Shown here: positions 1 through 11,200 of the stretch, in pieces
Numbering within the stretch: position 1 is the first letter of the stretch
How the letters are laid out: the number at the start of each line of letters is the position of its first letter
Source of the DNA: a virus
Taxonomy: Duplodnaviria > Heunggongvirae > Uroviricota > Caudoviricetes
Strand: one strand, 5' to 3'
Virus record (IMG/VR): IMGVR_UViG_3300017971_000186
DNA: 64,000 bases
Translations under genes and position numbers: made by a program
Notes under the pieces: model-generated
Seen by the model: the letters and a program-made list of their open reading frames with translations, nothing else
Told to the model about the DNA's origin: nothing
The model's database searches: none

Positions 1-577
1 TTAATTTCTTTTTTGTATCAATTAATTGAACCGACCATGTTTGACCACCATTTTCAGTAGCTAGAATAAGCCCATTTTCCCCGACTGTCCAGGCACTATT
101 TTCAGTAACGGCATCAATAGCCATTAACGAATCTATAACCACTGTTGAATCAGGTCTGTTATTATCGGTTTCTGTATCTAATAAAGCTCTCCATACTTCT
201 AGGATTACACCATTAACAAGATTACCTGAGGTAGGAGGATCAGTAAGAGTGATCAAATTTGAATTTGTTTCAGAAGTACCAGTGTTAGTCACATAAAGAA
301 CCATACCATTCACAACAGCATATTCTGGAATAGCTGTGTCCGGATCTTGGGTATAAAATTGGTTTTCTAATAATGAACTTGTATAAAAGTCCTCTATATT
401 TAACCAACCAGAAGGCATTCCTTTTATATGTCTTTTTGCCAGTAAATTTTGTATCTCTTGAGCAAGATTTAATTCAGTATCTAAAGGTGGCTTTTGTTTT
501 TGGAAAACAACTTTATCATAATTATACCCATTACTCTCATCAACAAAAGAAACACCCGTTCCTAAATTCTCAGCCAT
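1..577 (-). CDS. Partial (runs off window) tail fibre/baseplate-attached protein: DUF4815-like N-terminus then a Ycf48/BNR-like repeat
   Basis: Manual translation from ATG at 577 with AGGAG RBS: MAENLGTGVSFVDESNGYNYDKVVFQKQKPPLDTELNLAQEIQ...AWTVGENGLILATENGGQTWSV; no stop before base 1; not in ORF track. Confidence 0.8.
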   Translation of the reverse strand, partial: MAENLGTGVSFVDESNGYNYDKVVFQKQKPPLDTELNLAQEIQNLLAKRHIKGMPSGWLNIEDFYTSSLLENQFYTQDPDTAIPEYAVVNGMVLYVTNTGTSETNSNLITLTDPPTSGNLVNGVILEVWRALLDTETDNNRPDSTVVIDSLMAIDAVTENSAWTVGENGLILATENGGQTWSVQLIDTKKKL

Positions 578-589
578 ACATAAAGCTCC

Positions 590-3500
590 TTATAACGAAG
601 GAAGTTGTTCTCGTGGTGTATCATAAGCAATTGTTAGAGTCCCAATTTTTAAAGACTCAACTGCTGCTACATTAATATCTTCAGAACCAGTTTCCCCTTC
701 CACATAATATGCTACTTCATAATTTTTCGTATCAGGTAACTGACCATCAATAGTACTTACGATTATTTTTCCATCACTCTGGATATAGGCACGTCCTGCA
801 CCTCCCGAAACATCAAGAGGATCATCCTGTAAAATAAGTGCAACTGTGTTCTCAAATACTCCTCTAAATTTATTCTCATCACCACCCTTATCAATAGTAT
901 TATAAGAAAGGACCGTTGCTGAAGTTATATAAGATCTTGTAACACCATCATTATATACTTCAAATTGTACTTGACCTATATCATCTCGTACAATCTGAGA
1001 GCCATCAGATTTTACCATACGAGTAAACGGAAGGACAACATAATCTACATCATCAACTTTTCTTATTTGATTATCCACATCACTTTGAGTAAGTGAGACA
1101 CCTATATCCAATTGACTTATAAAATTTGCTATCGAGGTTGTAATCTGAGAAGTCAATGTGTTAAAATCTACCACATTAGATTTCGGTACCACAGTAAAAG
1201 CAAAATCAACACCATTTTCTATGGCCTGTTTTGCTATGGCATCAGCACAGGCATGCTTATATTCATCCAATTCATCTTGAACAGTTTCTAATAACTCATT
1301 CGTTGTATAAGTTATAATAAAATTTTCAATTGCTACATAATTTATTAAAACCTGCTCTCCATTACTGATACTACCTGATTCTATCATAATAATTTCAGTA
1401 GCCTCAGTATCAGTACCAGGATCGATTCTGTAATCCACATTTAATACATAAGTAACAGTCTTAGCCAAATTTTTAACTACAATAGAAGTAGGGTCAGCCC
1501 CTAAAAAATCAAGAGGTTCATTTTTACCCAAAATCATTACATGAACCTCATCAGTAATTGTTTGAAAACCTGTAAGAGGTAAATTATTTGCAAATTTTAT
1601 TCTCACACTATCTTGTGCTATTGTAGACCGGCCTTCTGCCAAAGGATCTTCAAGTGTAACTAAATCCCAGTTATCAGAAGTTAATGTACCAGATAATTGA
1701 CCCACAATAGAGACAATATCATTTACAGGTTGATTCTGTAGAACAAAAGTATCCGAACTCCTAAATTTGTAATCGACTTTTATTACATCTGTAGCAGCTA
1801 AACCTATAGCAGCATTCTGAGCTTTAGTTTCATCAAGATCAACAGTATTACCATCACCTATGATTTGGTATCCAGAAATATCATATTCCTGTGCTCTCGT
1901 TGCATTATATACTCGACTTACTTCAAAGATGGGGGTATGTGATGTTACCCGGGGATTCGTGGTCTTAAACTGAAAGGCCACTGCATTTATCACAAGGAAT
2001 TGTTCTTCCGATTGAGCCCCTTGGCTCGATACTATACTTTCAAATGAAAAAGCTATCTGATCAGTTACTTGTCTCGATCTTGATCCTTGGATATAAACAT
2101 CCACCTTTCCACCAACATGTTTTTCTCTTATAGGATCATAGTCTCTGATCATTAGTGGATCACCGGCTTTTTCGATACGAGTTCTTCTTACACCAGAGAC
2201 ACTGGCAGCTATTTTAGCATAACCTCCCTCAGTACCGGTATCAGCAAAAAATGCCAACATTATCCTAGTGGCTAAATTATAATTTGATTCTATATCTTCA
2301 CCAAAACTTATAGGATTAGGATTTTCTACCTGAAAATTTGAATCGGCCCCTGAAGAAACTACTTTAACTGTATAAGAATCTGTATTCCCTTCTTCACCTA
2401 CATTTAATGCCTCAACATCAAGACTCATCTCATAGCGTCCTGTTGTCGAATTATAAAATCTTTCACGAGTTTCATAATCTAATATCTTTGTAGCTAATGT
2501 TCTATAAGATTGTGCCTGGATACCACTATCCAAATCACCTAAAGTAGAAACTATAGCACCCTCATTTACTACCATATCCCTTATAGGAGCTTCGGTGACA
2601 AAAAATGTAACCTCTCCCACTGCATATGTTGCAGATCTTCTTGTTGTATCAGCATTAGAAGCCAGTTTATCAAATTGAGCATCAATAACTGCCTGGACAT
2701 CGTCAGGATCAGTAAGCATAAGAGCAAGTTGTAAAGCTTTTTTCGGAATGGAATCCTCTACTGCATCACTCTCACCATCTCCATCAGCATCATCAAAATC
2801 CAATAATGAACTAACTGATAGAGATCGAGCGAGAAAATCCTGAATTACATAAACTCTAGCCATCTCCTCCGAGATGGGATCCATCATATCTCTTACCACT
2901 GTACCTGGCTTTGTATCAGTCCCAGTATTTGATAATAAAAGATCTTGACTAAAAGTAAGGATAATATCATTCTGAGTTCTAGCAGGGAGTGTTCTTATTC
3001 CTGTCGTAATAGTAACAGGAGAACTCTGAAGTTCAATCGAATTGGCACTTTCAGTTACCTGTCCAAGAACTGGATCATATATTATAGCTGTAACAACAAA
3101 AAAGAATGGAGTATTCTGATTAAAAGATACTGCTGGTAATAGTTCAGCTTCTACTAATTCAGTATAACGTTCCTGATCAAAAAAGACCGAATAATAATAT
3201 TCTCTGGTTATTTGTTCAGTTGTAACTGTCACACGTATATTACCAGTTGTATCAGTAACTGTATTTATGAGAGTTGCTTTATCTTCGTATGAAGTATATT
3301 CAGTTATGTAATCAGTATTGATTTTCGCATAAACTCCATCTATCCCACCACTTTGTGTACTAACATAGTAATTATACCCTATTGTATTGGGTTCAGGATT
3401 CTGAACATTCTTTATTTCGATTTTATCTTGATAACGTAATGTCTGTACTCCAGTAGGAGAACTAACCGTAATCACCTCATCTTCAGGTGGAATTAATGTT

Positions 3501-3763
3501 ATAGTAATCGTAGTAGCAGGACTAGGCAAACTTGTGACTTTCTCAATTGCTATTATATTGATTACATTACTACCTAAAGTCAAAGTACCTGTCCAGGACC
3601 AAATAGTTTCTCCTGCAGTATATGATACACCATGAACTGACCCATTTATCTGGATCTCTTGAGTATCAGCAGAAGTTGTACCAGATAAAGTCTGTGTGGC
3701 TATATCTGTTGCATAATCCATCCCACCTGTAGGAAGAAGTATTTCTGGAGCTGGTATTGCCAT
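590..3763 (-). CDS. Baseplate J-like wedge protein with extra N-terminal and internal Ig/FN3-like domains
   Basis: 1057 aa; DTKPGTVVRD, ATYAVGEVTF, ALNVGEEGN, GTEGGY and GGKVDVYI segments typical of baseplate J; follows gp25-like gene. Confidence 0.85.
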   Translation of the reverse strand: MAIPAPEILLPTGGMDYATDIATQTLSGTTSADTQEIQINGSVHGVSYTAGETIWSWTGTLTLGSNVINIIAIEKVTSLPSPATTITITLIPPEDEVITVSSPTGVQTLRYQDKIEIKNVQNPEPNTIGYNYYVSTQSGGIDGVYAKINTDYITEYTSYEDKATLINTVTDTTGNIRVTVTTEQITREYYYSVFFDQERYTELVEAELLPAVSFNQNTPFFFVVTAIIYDPVLGQVTESANSIELQSSPVTITTGIRTLPARTQNDIILTFSQDLLLSNTGTDTKPGTVVRDMMDPISEEMARVYVIQDFLARSLSVSSLLDFDDADGDGESDAVEDSIPKKALQLALMLTDPDDVQAVIDAQFDKLASNADTTRRSATYAVGEVTFFVTEAPIRDMVVNEGAIVSTLGDLDSGIQAQSYRTLATKILDYETRERFYNSTTGRYEMSLDVEALNVGEEGNTDSYTVKVVSSGADSNFQVENPNPISFGEDIESNYNLATRIMLAFFADTGTEGGYAKIAASVSGVRRTRIEKAGDPLMIRDYDPIREKHVGGKVDVYIQGSRSRQVTDQIAFSFESIVSSQGAQSEEQFLVINAVAFQFKTTNPRVTSHTPIFEVSRVYNATRAQEYDISGYQIIGDGNTVDLDETKAQNAAIGLAATDVIKVDYKFRSSDTFVLQNQPVNDIVSIVGQLSGTLTSDNWDLVTLEDPLAEGRSTIAQDSVRIKFANNLPLTGFQTITDEVHVMILGKNEPLDFLGADPTSIVVKNLAKTVTYVLNVDYRIDPGTDTEATEIIMIESGSISNGEQVLINYVAIENFIITYTTNELLETVQDELDEYKHACADAIAKQAIENGVDFAFTVVPKSNVVDFNTLTSQITTSIANFISQLDIGVSLTQSDVDNQIRKVDDVDYVVLPFTRMVKSDGSQIVRDDIGQVQFEVYNDGVTRSYITSATVLSYNTIDKGGDENKFRGVFENTVALILQDDPLDVSGGAGRAYIQSDGKIIVSTIDGQLPDTKNYEVAYYVEGETGSEDINVAAVESLKIGTLTIAYDTPREQLPSL

Positions 3764-3773
3764 TTTTCAAATC

Positions 3774-4496
3774 CTATACTGGTAATTGCAAATATTGTGT
3801 AAAATCCACATTCTGACCTGATTTGGCCAAAACAGTTACATCCGTTCTTAAAATAGTAGGATCACTCTCATCAAACCGGACCCGAACACTTTCAATAGTA
3901 TCAAAAAGCTCTCCATCCGTAGTAACACGACCTGTAGAGACATACTGATCCTGTAGACTTTTTAAAACCTCAAGAGTACTATTTATTTCCTGAGTAACTT
4001 TCGATGATATAAAAGAGACATCCGTTATTCTTTGCCCCAAAAGTTTTGTTAAAGAAGTTCCTATAAATGTGTGGAAAGCATTACTCTGAATTTCAGTAAC
4101 AGTAAATTTTTCCAAATTTTGAAGTAAAAGATTTTCATTTCTGATTTGCTTTAAATGACCTCTAATATCATATTGGACATCATCAATTACTTCTAACCCA
4201 GCACATTTTGGACAAAATCCTTTAAAAGTGATATAAACAACCTCAAAATAATCCTCAGTCTGTCTCCATCTATTTTTCAAATAAATCATTCTTGGCTGAT
4301 TAATTGTTGTTGTTAACGGGTCATAAATAATAGTATATGCTGTCTTAGGAACTAAATTCTCAGAAGCATATAAATCGATATTTGACGATGATAAAGGTTT
4401 CGAAAGTCGAATAGACCTTCTATCATCTTCAAGAGTAACCAATTCTCTATATATTCTGTGATCACAGACTGCTGTTATATTTAAATCGTATGACAT
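3774..4496 (-). CDS. gp25/GPW-like baseplate wedge protein with N-terminal extension and possible Zn site
   Basis: 240 aa; C-terminal IRNENLLLQNLEK...FIGTSLTKLLG...ILRTDVTV fits gp25 fold; VCDH plus CPKC; adjacent to baseplate J. Confidence 0.65.
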   Translation of the reverse strand: MSYDLNITAVCDHRIYRELVTLEDDRRSIRLSKPLSSSNIDLYASENLVPKTAYTIIYDPLTTTINQPRMIYLKNRWRQTEDYFEVVYITFKGFCPKCAGLEVIDDVQYDIRGHLKQIRNENLLLQNLEKFTVTEIQSNAFHTFIGTSLTKLLGQRITDVSFISSKVTQEINSTLEVLKSLQDQYVSTGRVTTDGELFDTIESVRVRFDESDPTILRTDVTVLAKSGQNVDFTQYLQLPV

Positions 4497-4506
4497 ATTA
4501 TTTCAC

Positions 4507-4520
4507 AAATATTAATTAAT
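4507..4520 (-). promoter_or_regulatory. Copy of recurring intergenic motif (about AATCWWTTAATATT), candidate phage late promoter
   Basis: ATTAATTAATATTT upstream of the gp25-like gene; similar copies at 30421, 33440, 51754, 54031, 54825 and 62363. Confidence 0.4.
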
Positions 4521-4529
4521 AATTACAAA

Positions 4530-6167
4530 TTAACCCCATTGAACATAAACAATCCATTCAGTTTGTTCTTCGATACTCCTTATAGGAGTTGTAACTGGTT
4601 GATTATCAAAGTTCTCTTTATTTTCAGGATAAACAAATAATTGTCTCCCATTTGTATAAGTAACAAGATAACCTGTTAAACTTACATAAGAGTATTCATC
4701 TTTTTTAGTTACTGTAGAATCTGCTGGAAAAGTAATTAATTTATCAGCATTTGTCTGTGCAGTAGCCTCATCAGCACCAGTAGCACGCCCCACAATAATA
4801 GTTGATCCCTCATAATCCAATGATCCCCTACTACTACTGCCATAAGATTCTGCATAAGTCTTAACCCAGTCAGGGGCAGTTGCTGGAAGATCACCAACAT
4901 TATTTGCTATATCTTCATCAATTTGAGCTTTTGCTTTTTCTAATGATTCTTTATACTTTTCAGTACCAGCTATAACTGCTTCTGATTTTGATGCTTCATA
5001 TTCATCAGTCTTCTCATCACCAGTTGTAGGATAAGGTTCAGTCACATTTGGACATTGGGGAAGACCAAAATATAAATCAGCATTACTTTTCTTCCACCAT
5101 TTTTTTATACATTCATCAAATGTGGGTATCTCAAAAGATCCTAAATAAAAATCCTGAAACCGTAATACAGCTCCAGGATAACTTTTTGTTTTTTCACTTA
5201 AAGAATTAGCAAGTGGAAGAGTTGCATCTGGTTTTCTTTCAATACCTTCTGAAACCAATGGATCATTAGCAATTGTATCTACCTGTTTCACATAAGCATC
5301 TACTTCAAGAGAAATCTTACTATTTGCTGATGTAGCCCGACCTTCAGAGACAGCAGCATATAATATATTCAAATTTTCTGAAGTTGCAGGATCATCAAAT
5401 GTTAATTCTTCTTTACGATCAAATTGTAAACCAGGAGCATTTGCATGAGACCAAAATATCTGACGAAGTATTTTTAACTGTCGAGGTAACTTTCTCTCAT
5501 CTGGATAAACCCTTTGCTCCGAAAAACCTGTAGAAAAACCAGAAAGAGGAACCCGACTCAGATCCCTATAATTAAGAGCTATTTTATAGAGCAATAGTAT
5601 ATTTGCCGTTCTCGCTCGGGCTATCTTATCCTTTTCTAAATCTTCCTGAGTTGGAGGCAATATCCGTCCAAGAGTATTTTTCAAATTTTTTTCTTTTTGT
5701 GCTTCAGCTAATCTAATACTATCTGTAATTTTCTGCTCTGAAACCTCATAAGCTCTAATATCTGCCTGAATAGATTTAATCTCTTTATCTATCCTGTTTA
5801 ACTCACAATCCATCTCCTTAACACCAATACCTACTGTATACATATTAAATTTCGAATAGGCATAGTTCTGATGAGGATCATTGGCACCATAGACTCTAGT
5901 ATAAGATTGTTGTGGATTAGTGGCTTGAGTTTTCCCTGCAGAATAATTAGCATCAATAAAAAGAGCATCAGCATTATTATATATCCGAGACTTTATAATC
6001 GATTCATTACTCCTTAATTCAACAAGACGACGTTGAAGAATAACGAGTCGTTTCCGGATTTTATCTAAAGCTCGTCTCATATTTCTTACGGAATTACCGT
6101 AAAGAGACTCTTCAATTCTAGTTATATCTTCTTTTGTTGTTTGTAAAATCTGATTTTCAGCCGACAT
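4530..6167 (-). CDS. Hypothetical baseplate-region protein with N-terminal coiled coils
   Basis: 545-aa ORF in operon; heptad-rich N-terminus; no recognisable family. Confidence 0.8.
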   Translation of the reverse strand: MSAENQILQTTKEDITRIEESLYGNSVRNMRRALDKIRKRLVILQRRLVELRSNESIIKSRIYNNADALFIDANYSAGKTQATNPQQSYTRVYGANDPHQNYAYSKFNMYTVGIGVKEMDCELNRIDKEIKSIQADIRAYEVSEQKITDSIRLAEAQKEKNLKNTLGRILPPTQEDLEKDKIARARTANILLLYKIALNYRDLSRVPLSGFSTGFSEQRVYPDERKLPRQLKILRQIFWSHANAPGLQFDRKEELTFDDPATSENLNILYAAVSEGRATSANSKISLEVDAYVKQVDTIANDPLVSEGIERKPDATLPLANSLSEKTKSYPGAVLRFQDFYLGSFEIPTFDECIKKWWKKSNADLYFGLPQCPNVTEPYPTTGDEKTDEYEASKSEAVIAGTEKYKESLEKAKAQIDEDIANNVGDLPATAPDWVKTYAESYGSSSRGSLDYEGSTIIVGRATGADEATAQTNADKLITFPADSTVTKKDEYSYVSLTGYLVTYTNGRQLFVYPENKENFDNQPVTTPIRSIEEQTEWIVYVQWG

Positions 6168-6170
6168 TTT

Positions 6171-8030
6171 TTAATCTCCAACAAAAAGCGAATAAATAAA
6201 ATCAAAAGCTCTTTTTAAAAGAGCCAATTGAGCAATCTGACTTCCAGAGGCCCCATAAACCAAAACCACTCCTATAGTTATTCCATTAGAACCACTAAAA
6301 TCTTCCCCTCCTTGAGCATTTTTTACTCTCTCAAGGAAAACAGGCATACCACCTTTTTCGGGGGGAACATTTAAATAGGCTGCAGATGGTCCTAATACCA
6401 AATCTTTCACTCTCTCAACTAAATAGGACACTGCTCCTAAAATATTGGTATATAAGGATACTTTTTCTTTTATCTGATCAAGAAAATCCGAAAAAGAATC
6501 AGAAGCACTTGTTGCCATTCCTTTTAATGTCTCTAAAAAATCATTTAATATTCCTACAATCTCCGTAAACCAAGGAATCATCTTTGTCAATTTTATAGAA
6601 GACCAATTATTTATCTTACCATATCCAATAGAAAAAAACTCAAATCTCCCATTAGGATGTTGAATTAAATCGGCAATACTAAAAGCATCATTACATGCTT
6701 TTATAGCAACTGATAATTCTTTAGAATTTGGCCCTTCTCCTTGACCACTCGCATTACAAGCCCGAATCATATAGTAATAATTACTGACAGGAACTTCTTT
6801 CCCCTCATCATCCACATAAATCGGAATTTCTATTTGATCTTCTGCATCTGCTTCCGGATTAAGAATTTTCGTTTGCATATTCGTATCAACATATTTTAAT
6901 CTGGAGTCTAAACCTGCTGGTACAAACACCGGTCCAGGGAAATCAGGATCTTCATAAACATATTCTAACCTTTCTGGTAGCTGAACATCTTCCCCAGCTC
7001 TAATATTAAGAATCCAATCACCCACAATAGACAAAAGACCAGGTTCACCAGTCTCTTTATTATCAACAAGAGAAGTAGGAATATATTCAACTAATTGTGC
7101 CTGCCCTCCTGGAACACGACTTCTATAGATGTTAAATCCTGAAGCAGAATAAGTCTGATCCCATTCAATCTGAACACCGAATTGCCATTCCCTGGCAGAG
7201 GACTCATCAGCACTATCTTCCGCTCGGGTTATATCATCTTGAACTTCATACTCTTCTTCTTCATCATCATATGAAAATCTTCCACTAAACCCACCCAAAT
7301 TAGTAGGGGGAGGAGGAGCAAGATTCAATCCAAAAAGAGTCATGAAATCAAACATTGATGCTAATTGTTGCATCCCTCTCCAAGCCACATCTAAAGATTC
7401 TGAATCTATGACAATAACAAGACCTCCAACATAATCATTCGTTGTAAATTGGGGCCTATTAGGATCTTGTACATTATATATTGAACTCTCTAGTCGAGTT
7501 AAAAAACCATTAAAACCTCCACGTAGCTGATTCCGAGAATCAACATCACCCACTAATTTTAATAAAGCAGGAGGCACAAGCACATTTGCCGAAACACCAA
7601 AACCCATTGTATCAAGAGCAAATTCATTTAATTTATTCTGAGCCAACTCTATTGCACTTATAATAAGTTTAGAAAAGGAATTAAAAGTACTGGTGAATAA
7701 TTCAATAATTTTTAAAATTTTAGTCAATGCTATAACTATTTTATCAATTTTCTGCAAAGCACTATTAAGTGGTGAAGTAATTCTTTCTACCCAACTTAAA
7801 TCCGCAATAGAAACACTTTGCCACTCATCCTGTCCTATTGAAGGTACAGGAGTTGATCCAGGACCGATTAAATCTGTGATATCATCAGGTACATTAGCTG
7901 ATATTTGTTCAAGAGCTGTAATTAAACTATCTAATGAACTATCTGTCCCACCACGACTTGTATCTAATGGAGGAGCGACATATGGAAAAGCTTTTAACTG
8001 AGCTGGTACATTTACTTGACTTGTTGGCAT
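6171..8030 (-). CDS. Hypothetical structural protein: two homologous amphipathic-helix domains flanking an FN3-like insert
   Basis: 619 aa; FN3-like LAPPPPTNL...IEWDQ...GFNIYRS...YYYMIRACN; N- and C-domains share a W..SFS..VPP..GG..FL.R..G.V pattern. Confidence 0.75.
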   Translation of the reverse strand: MPTSQVNVPAQLKAFPYVAPPLDTSRGGTDSSLDSLITALEQISANVPDDITDLIGPGSTPVPSIGQDEWQSVSIADLSWVERITSPLNSALQKIDKIVIALTKILKIIELFTSTFNSFSKLIISAIELAQNKLNEFALDTMGFGVSANVLVPPALLKLVGDVDSRNQLRGGFNGFLTRLESSIYNVQDPNRPQFTTNDYVGGLVIVIDSESLDVAWRGMQQLASMFDFMTLFGLNLAPPPPTNLGGFSGRFSYDDEEEEYEVQDDITRAEDSADESSAREWQFGVQIEWDQTYSASGFNIYRSRVPGGQAQLVEYIPTSLVDNKETGEPGLLSIVGDWILNIRAGEDVQLPERLEYVYEDPDFPGPVFVPAGLDSRLKYVDTNMQTKILNPEADAEDQIEIPIYVDDEGKEVPVSNYYYMIRACNASGQGEGPNSKELSVAIKACNDAFSIADLIQHPNGRFEFFSIGYGKINNWSSIKLTKMIPWFTEIVGILNDFLETLKGMATSASDSFSDFLDQIKEKVSLYTNILGAVSYLVERVKDLVLGPSAAYLNVPPEKGGMPVFLERVKNAQGGEDFSGSNGITIGVVLVYGASGSQIAQLALLKRAFDFIYSLFVGD

Positions 8031-8031
8031 A

Positions 8032-8268
8032 TTACATTCTCTTTAATTTTTTTAGTTGTTTTTCAGTCTTTTTTGTATACCCTAAAACAGAATGACCTAT
8101 TATTGCTACCAATTTATCTAGTTCTCGTATCAATGGATTATTCGGATTTGCTCGTTTCCAAATTAATTTTTCTCCCGTTGAATCTTTTAAAAGAAACTCT
8201 TGTTTATTTGAAGAGCTGACTCGTTTGAAGCTATTTGTTGCTCTATTTGTTTGAGTTTTGCGTAACAC
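8032..8268 (-). CDS. Small basic hypothetical protein overlapping the 3' end of the upstream gene
   Basis: GTG start preceded by AGGAG with 6-nt spacing; fills the gap, its TAA lies 1 nt before the next ATG; 82-nt overlap with 8187..13529. Confidence 0.55.
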   Translation of the reverse strand: MLRKTQTNRATNSFKRVSSSNKQEFLLKDSTGEKLIWKRANPNNPLIRELDKLVAIIGHSVLGYTKKTEKQLKKLKRM

Positions 8269-11200
8269 CCTTGTCTCCTATTAAATCTGTTATTTGCCCA
8301 ATTATAAAGATCACTGGGTTCTCCATTATCGAGTAAAAGTTGTTCATTTTTTATAGCATTTTTTATCTGTGTATTTCTAGTATTTGTTAAATAATCTATT
8401 CTGTTTACAAGAAAATTACTTCGATCACTGGCAAAATTAGTTCTGTCTGCAAGCATCATATCAGAAATTGTCTGATATGCTACTGTAGCATCTCTCAATC
8501 CTGGATAAACCGTGGCATCAGGAGTGATTGATTGAGGAGGCAATATTAAAAATGCTTTACAAATACTTGCATCATGTATTGCAGGTCCAGTAGCACTTAA
8601 TCCTGAAATAGTATTTAAAGCAATTTTCATACTAGAGACCGTTGCATAAGTTGCATACGGAAATGTTACTGTTGTCGTACTTGGTCCTACATCCCACAAA
8701 ATATTCAAAGCTGTACTATCAGTAATATATCTCTGATTAGTCCCAGCCATTGAAACGTTATTAAGAAAGATCATATTAGGTTGATCTAAAGTAAATGTAA
8801 TTTCATTGTTATTACTATAACCGTAAATGCCCCATCCTGTCCATGTCCCATCAAAAGGGATATTACTTGTAGCATCTACTATTGCAGGATAATACGTAAC
8901 AGAAAAAATTGTATTATTCAATATTCTTCGATCATATCCAGCAGGTGCCTGAAGAATAAAAGATTGCTGACCATCAATATTTGTAATGCCAGGTCCGGAT
9001 GAAACCGGAACACCAACATTGGTACTGTCTTTACCACGAATAAATACACTATGTTGTGTAAAATCTGAAACCCATTCCCAATCGGTTCCTTTCCCTTGCC
9101 AATCGGTAATAATTCCTGTAGCATCGATTAATGCAGCACTGGTATCAGCCAACATTAAAGTTGCATTTAAATGAGCTGTGGAAGTATCAGCAGAAGGAAT
9201 ATCTTCCTCTGCAATAATAAGACCTGTAGCAGTGATTTGTTCTTCTATTTTCGGAATCTCTTGATAAATTAGATCTACCTGAGATGAGGCAGAATTATAA
9301 ATCTCACTTGCAAAAATAAGACCTGCTGGACTTATTCGATTTAACTTATCAGGACTTCCTAAAGCAATTAATGAACTCTGATAACCTAATTCTTCACCGA
9401 TGGCATGCGCTTCACTCGAATCTAAAATTGCTTCAGGAGGGACTAAATTAAGTGAAATAGCAGATGAGCTATAATTTAATCTATCATAATTCCCATAAAC
9501 AGTATCATCTCTTACAAATCCTAATTTAGTTGTCGTAGTGGTATCACCAAGTTTCATATAATTAACAGTTGAATCTGTCCTAAAAACTAAAGTGGAACGA
9601 TAACCATAAGTTGTAGTAGGATCAAGAACCGACTCGTATGTACAACTTAAACCATTAATTGTTGATAATAATCCTGCTACCAATGGTCCATTTAAATTGG
9701 CTACTGGAAAAAAAGTATCTAAAAAAGTATATGTCTTCTTATGAGTTAAATCCGTCCCATCAAGAAATATTTCAAATGTGTCTCCATTTATTAAACCAAA
9801 ATTACTCGCTCTTGTCCCTATTATTCTTGCCCCTACAAAACCGTCATCATCATAAACTGGGTAATCAGTATTTACTGCAGTATAGCGTTCGCCATCATTA
9901 ACATTAGAGGAATTTTCTCCATAAGAGGTAGTCAATTCAAGTTCAGCATTATTAGTGATACTATTTATTTGATATCTTTTCGTTGAATCTGCGCTACCAA
10001 TATAACCCGAATTATTTAATTGTAATGTCCAAAGAGTATTACCTGTACTAGTCACAGTTGTTGAACCATTAACAAATTTTGCACCATTGTCAAAAAAGTA
10101 ACCTGTTAATGGGTTCACTTCCATCGGTTCAAAATTAGTATTATCAACATCTGGAAAAATTCTACTGACAGTTTTATTCGCAGCATCCTGTTCTTGCTGT
10201 GTAAATATACCATCATTATTAAATAATTTCAGACCTACAGATGCCTCCATTTCATCGCCATAAGCCTCTAATCGATTACTGAAAAAATCATAGATATTCT
10301 GGAATACACGACATTCTATTTCCATGTCCTGTCGAGCATATTCATCACCAGTGATTCCTCCAGAAGCATTATCGTTACCTTCATCACCAATAACTTCACC
10401 ACCTTGACCTACACTACCACTAAGTTGAATCGCTTCTTCCCTCATTCGAGGAATAGTCACTGAACTAAAGAAATCTCTCTGATCTAAAACCTGGATATAA
10501 AATTGATCTAAATTAACAAATTGAAAGGAAGCCTTTACTTCTGATTTTGCAGGTAATGAATCAAAATAACCTGCAGTATAACTGACTTGTTTATTACCAA
10601 GAAATTCCAAACCCATGTAATCAAGATTATATTTATCTCCTCTTACAAGAGGGTTATCTAAAATAACTGTACCTCTATTACTTATTGAATAATCCGTAGT
10701 ATCAACAAAAGCAGTAGCATCAATACTTTTATATCTTAAAGCATTTGAGACATTTAATACAGTACTTGAGTCCCTGAAAACAGACAATTCAGTCACTAGT
10801 TCAATTTTACTACTCTGCCACGCTGGGATATATGTAGTAACAGCCAACGACGGAATAACCGTCATAGCACCTGAAAGATCACTTAAAGTCGGATAAGTAT
10901 TATATGAGAAAGAGGTTCCATCAACAGTCAAATCAGATTCAGTAGTTGTAATTTCTATTATCTGATCACTATTATAATTCATTATGAAACCTGGTTGATC
11001 AGATAAAGTCGCTATCGTTTCTGAAGCATAAATCTCTGTATCACCTTCAAGATAATATGGGTTATCACTATATTTTAAACTTGATAAATCTGTAGAGTCT
11101 GTTCGATCATATAATATTCCTGATCTCAGATTAACCGTGGTTGTGGTAGTATCACTATCATACGAAGCACTTGCTACTTGATATAAATCATTACTTACAT

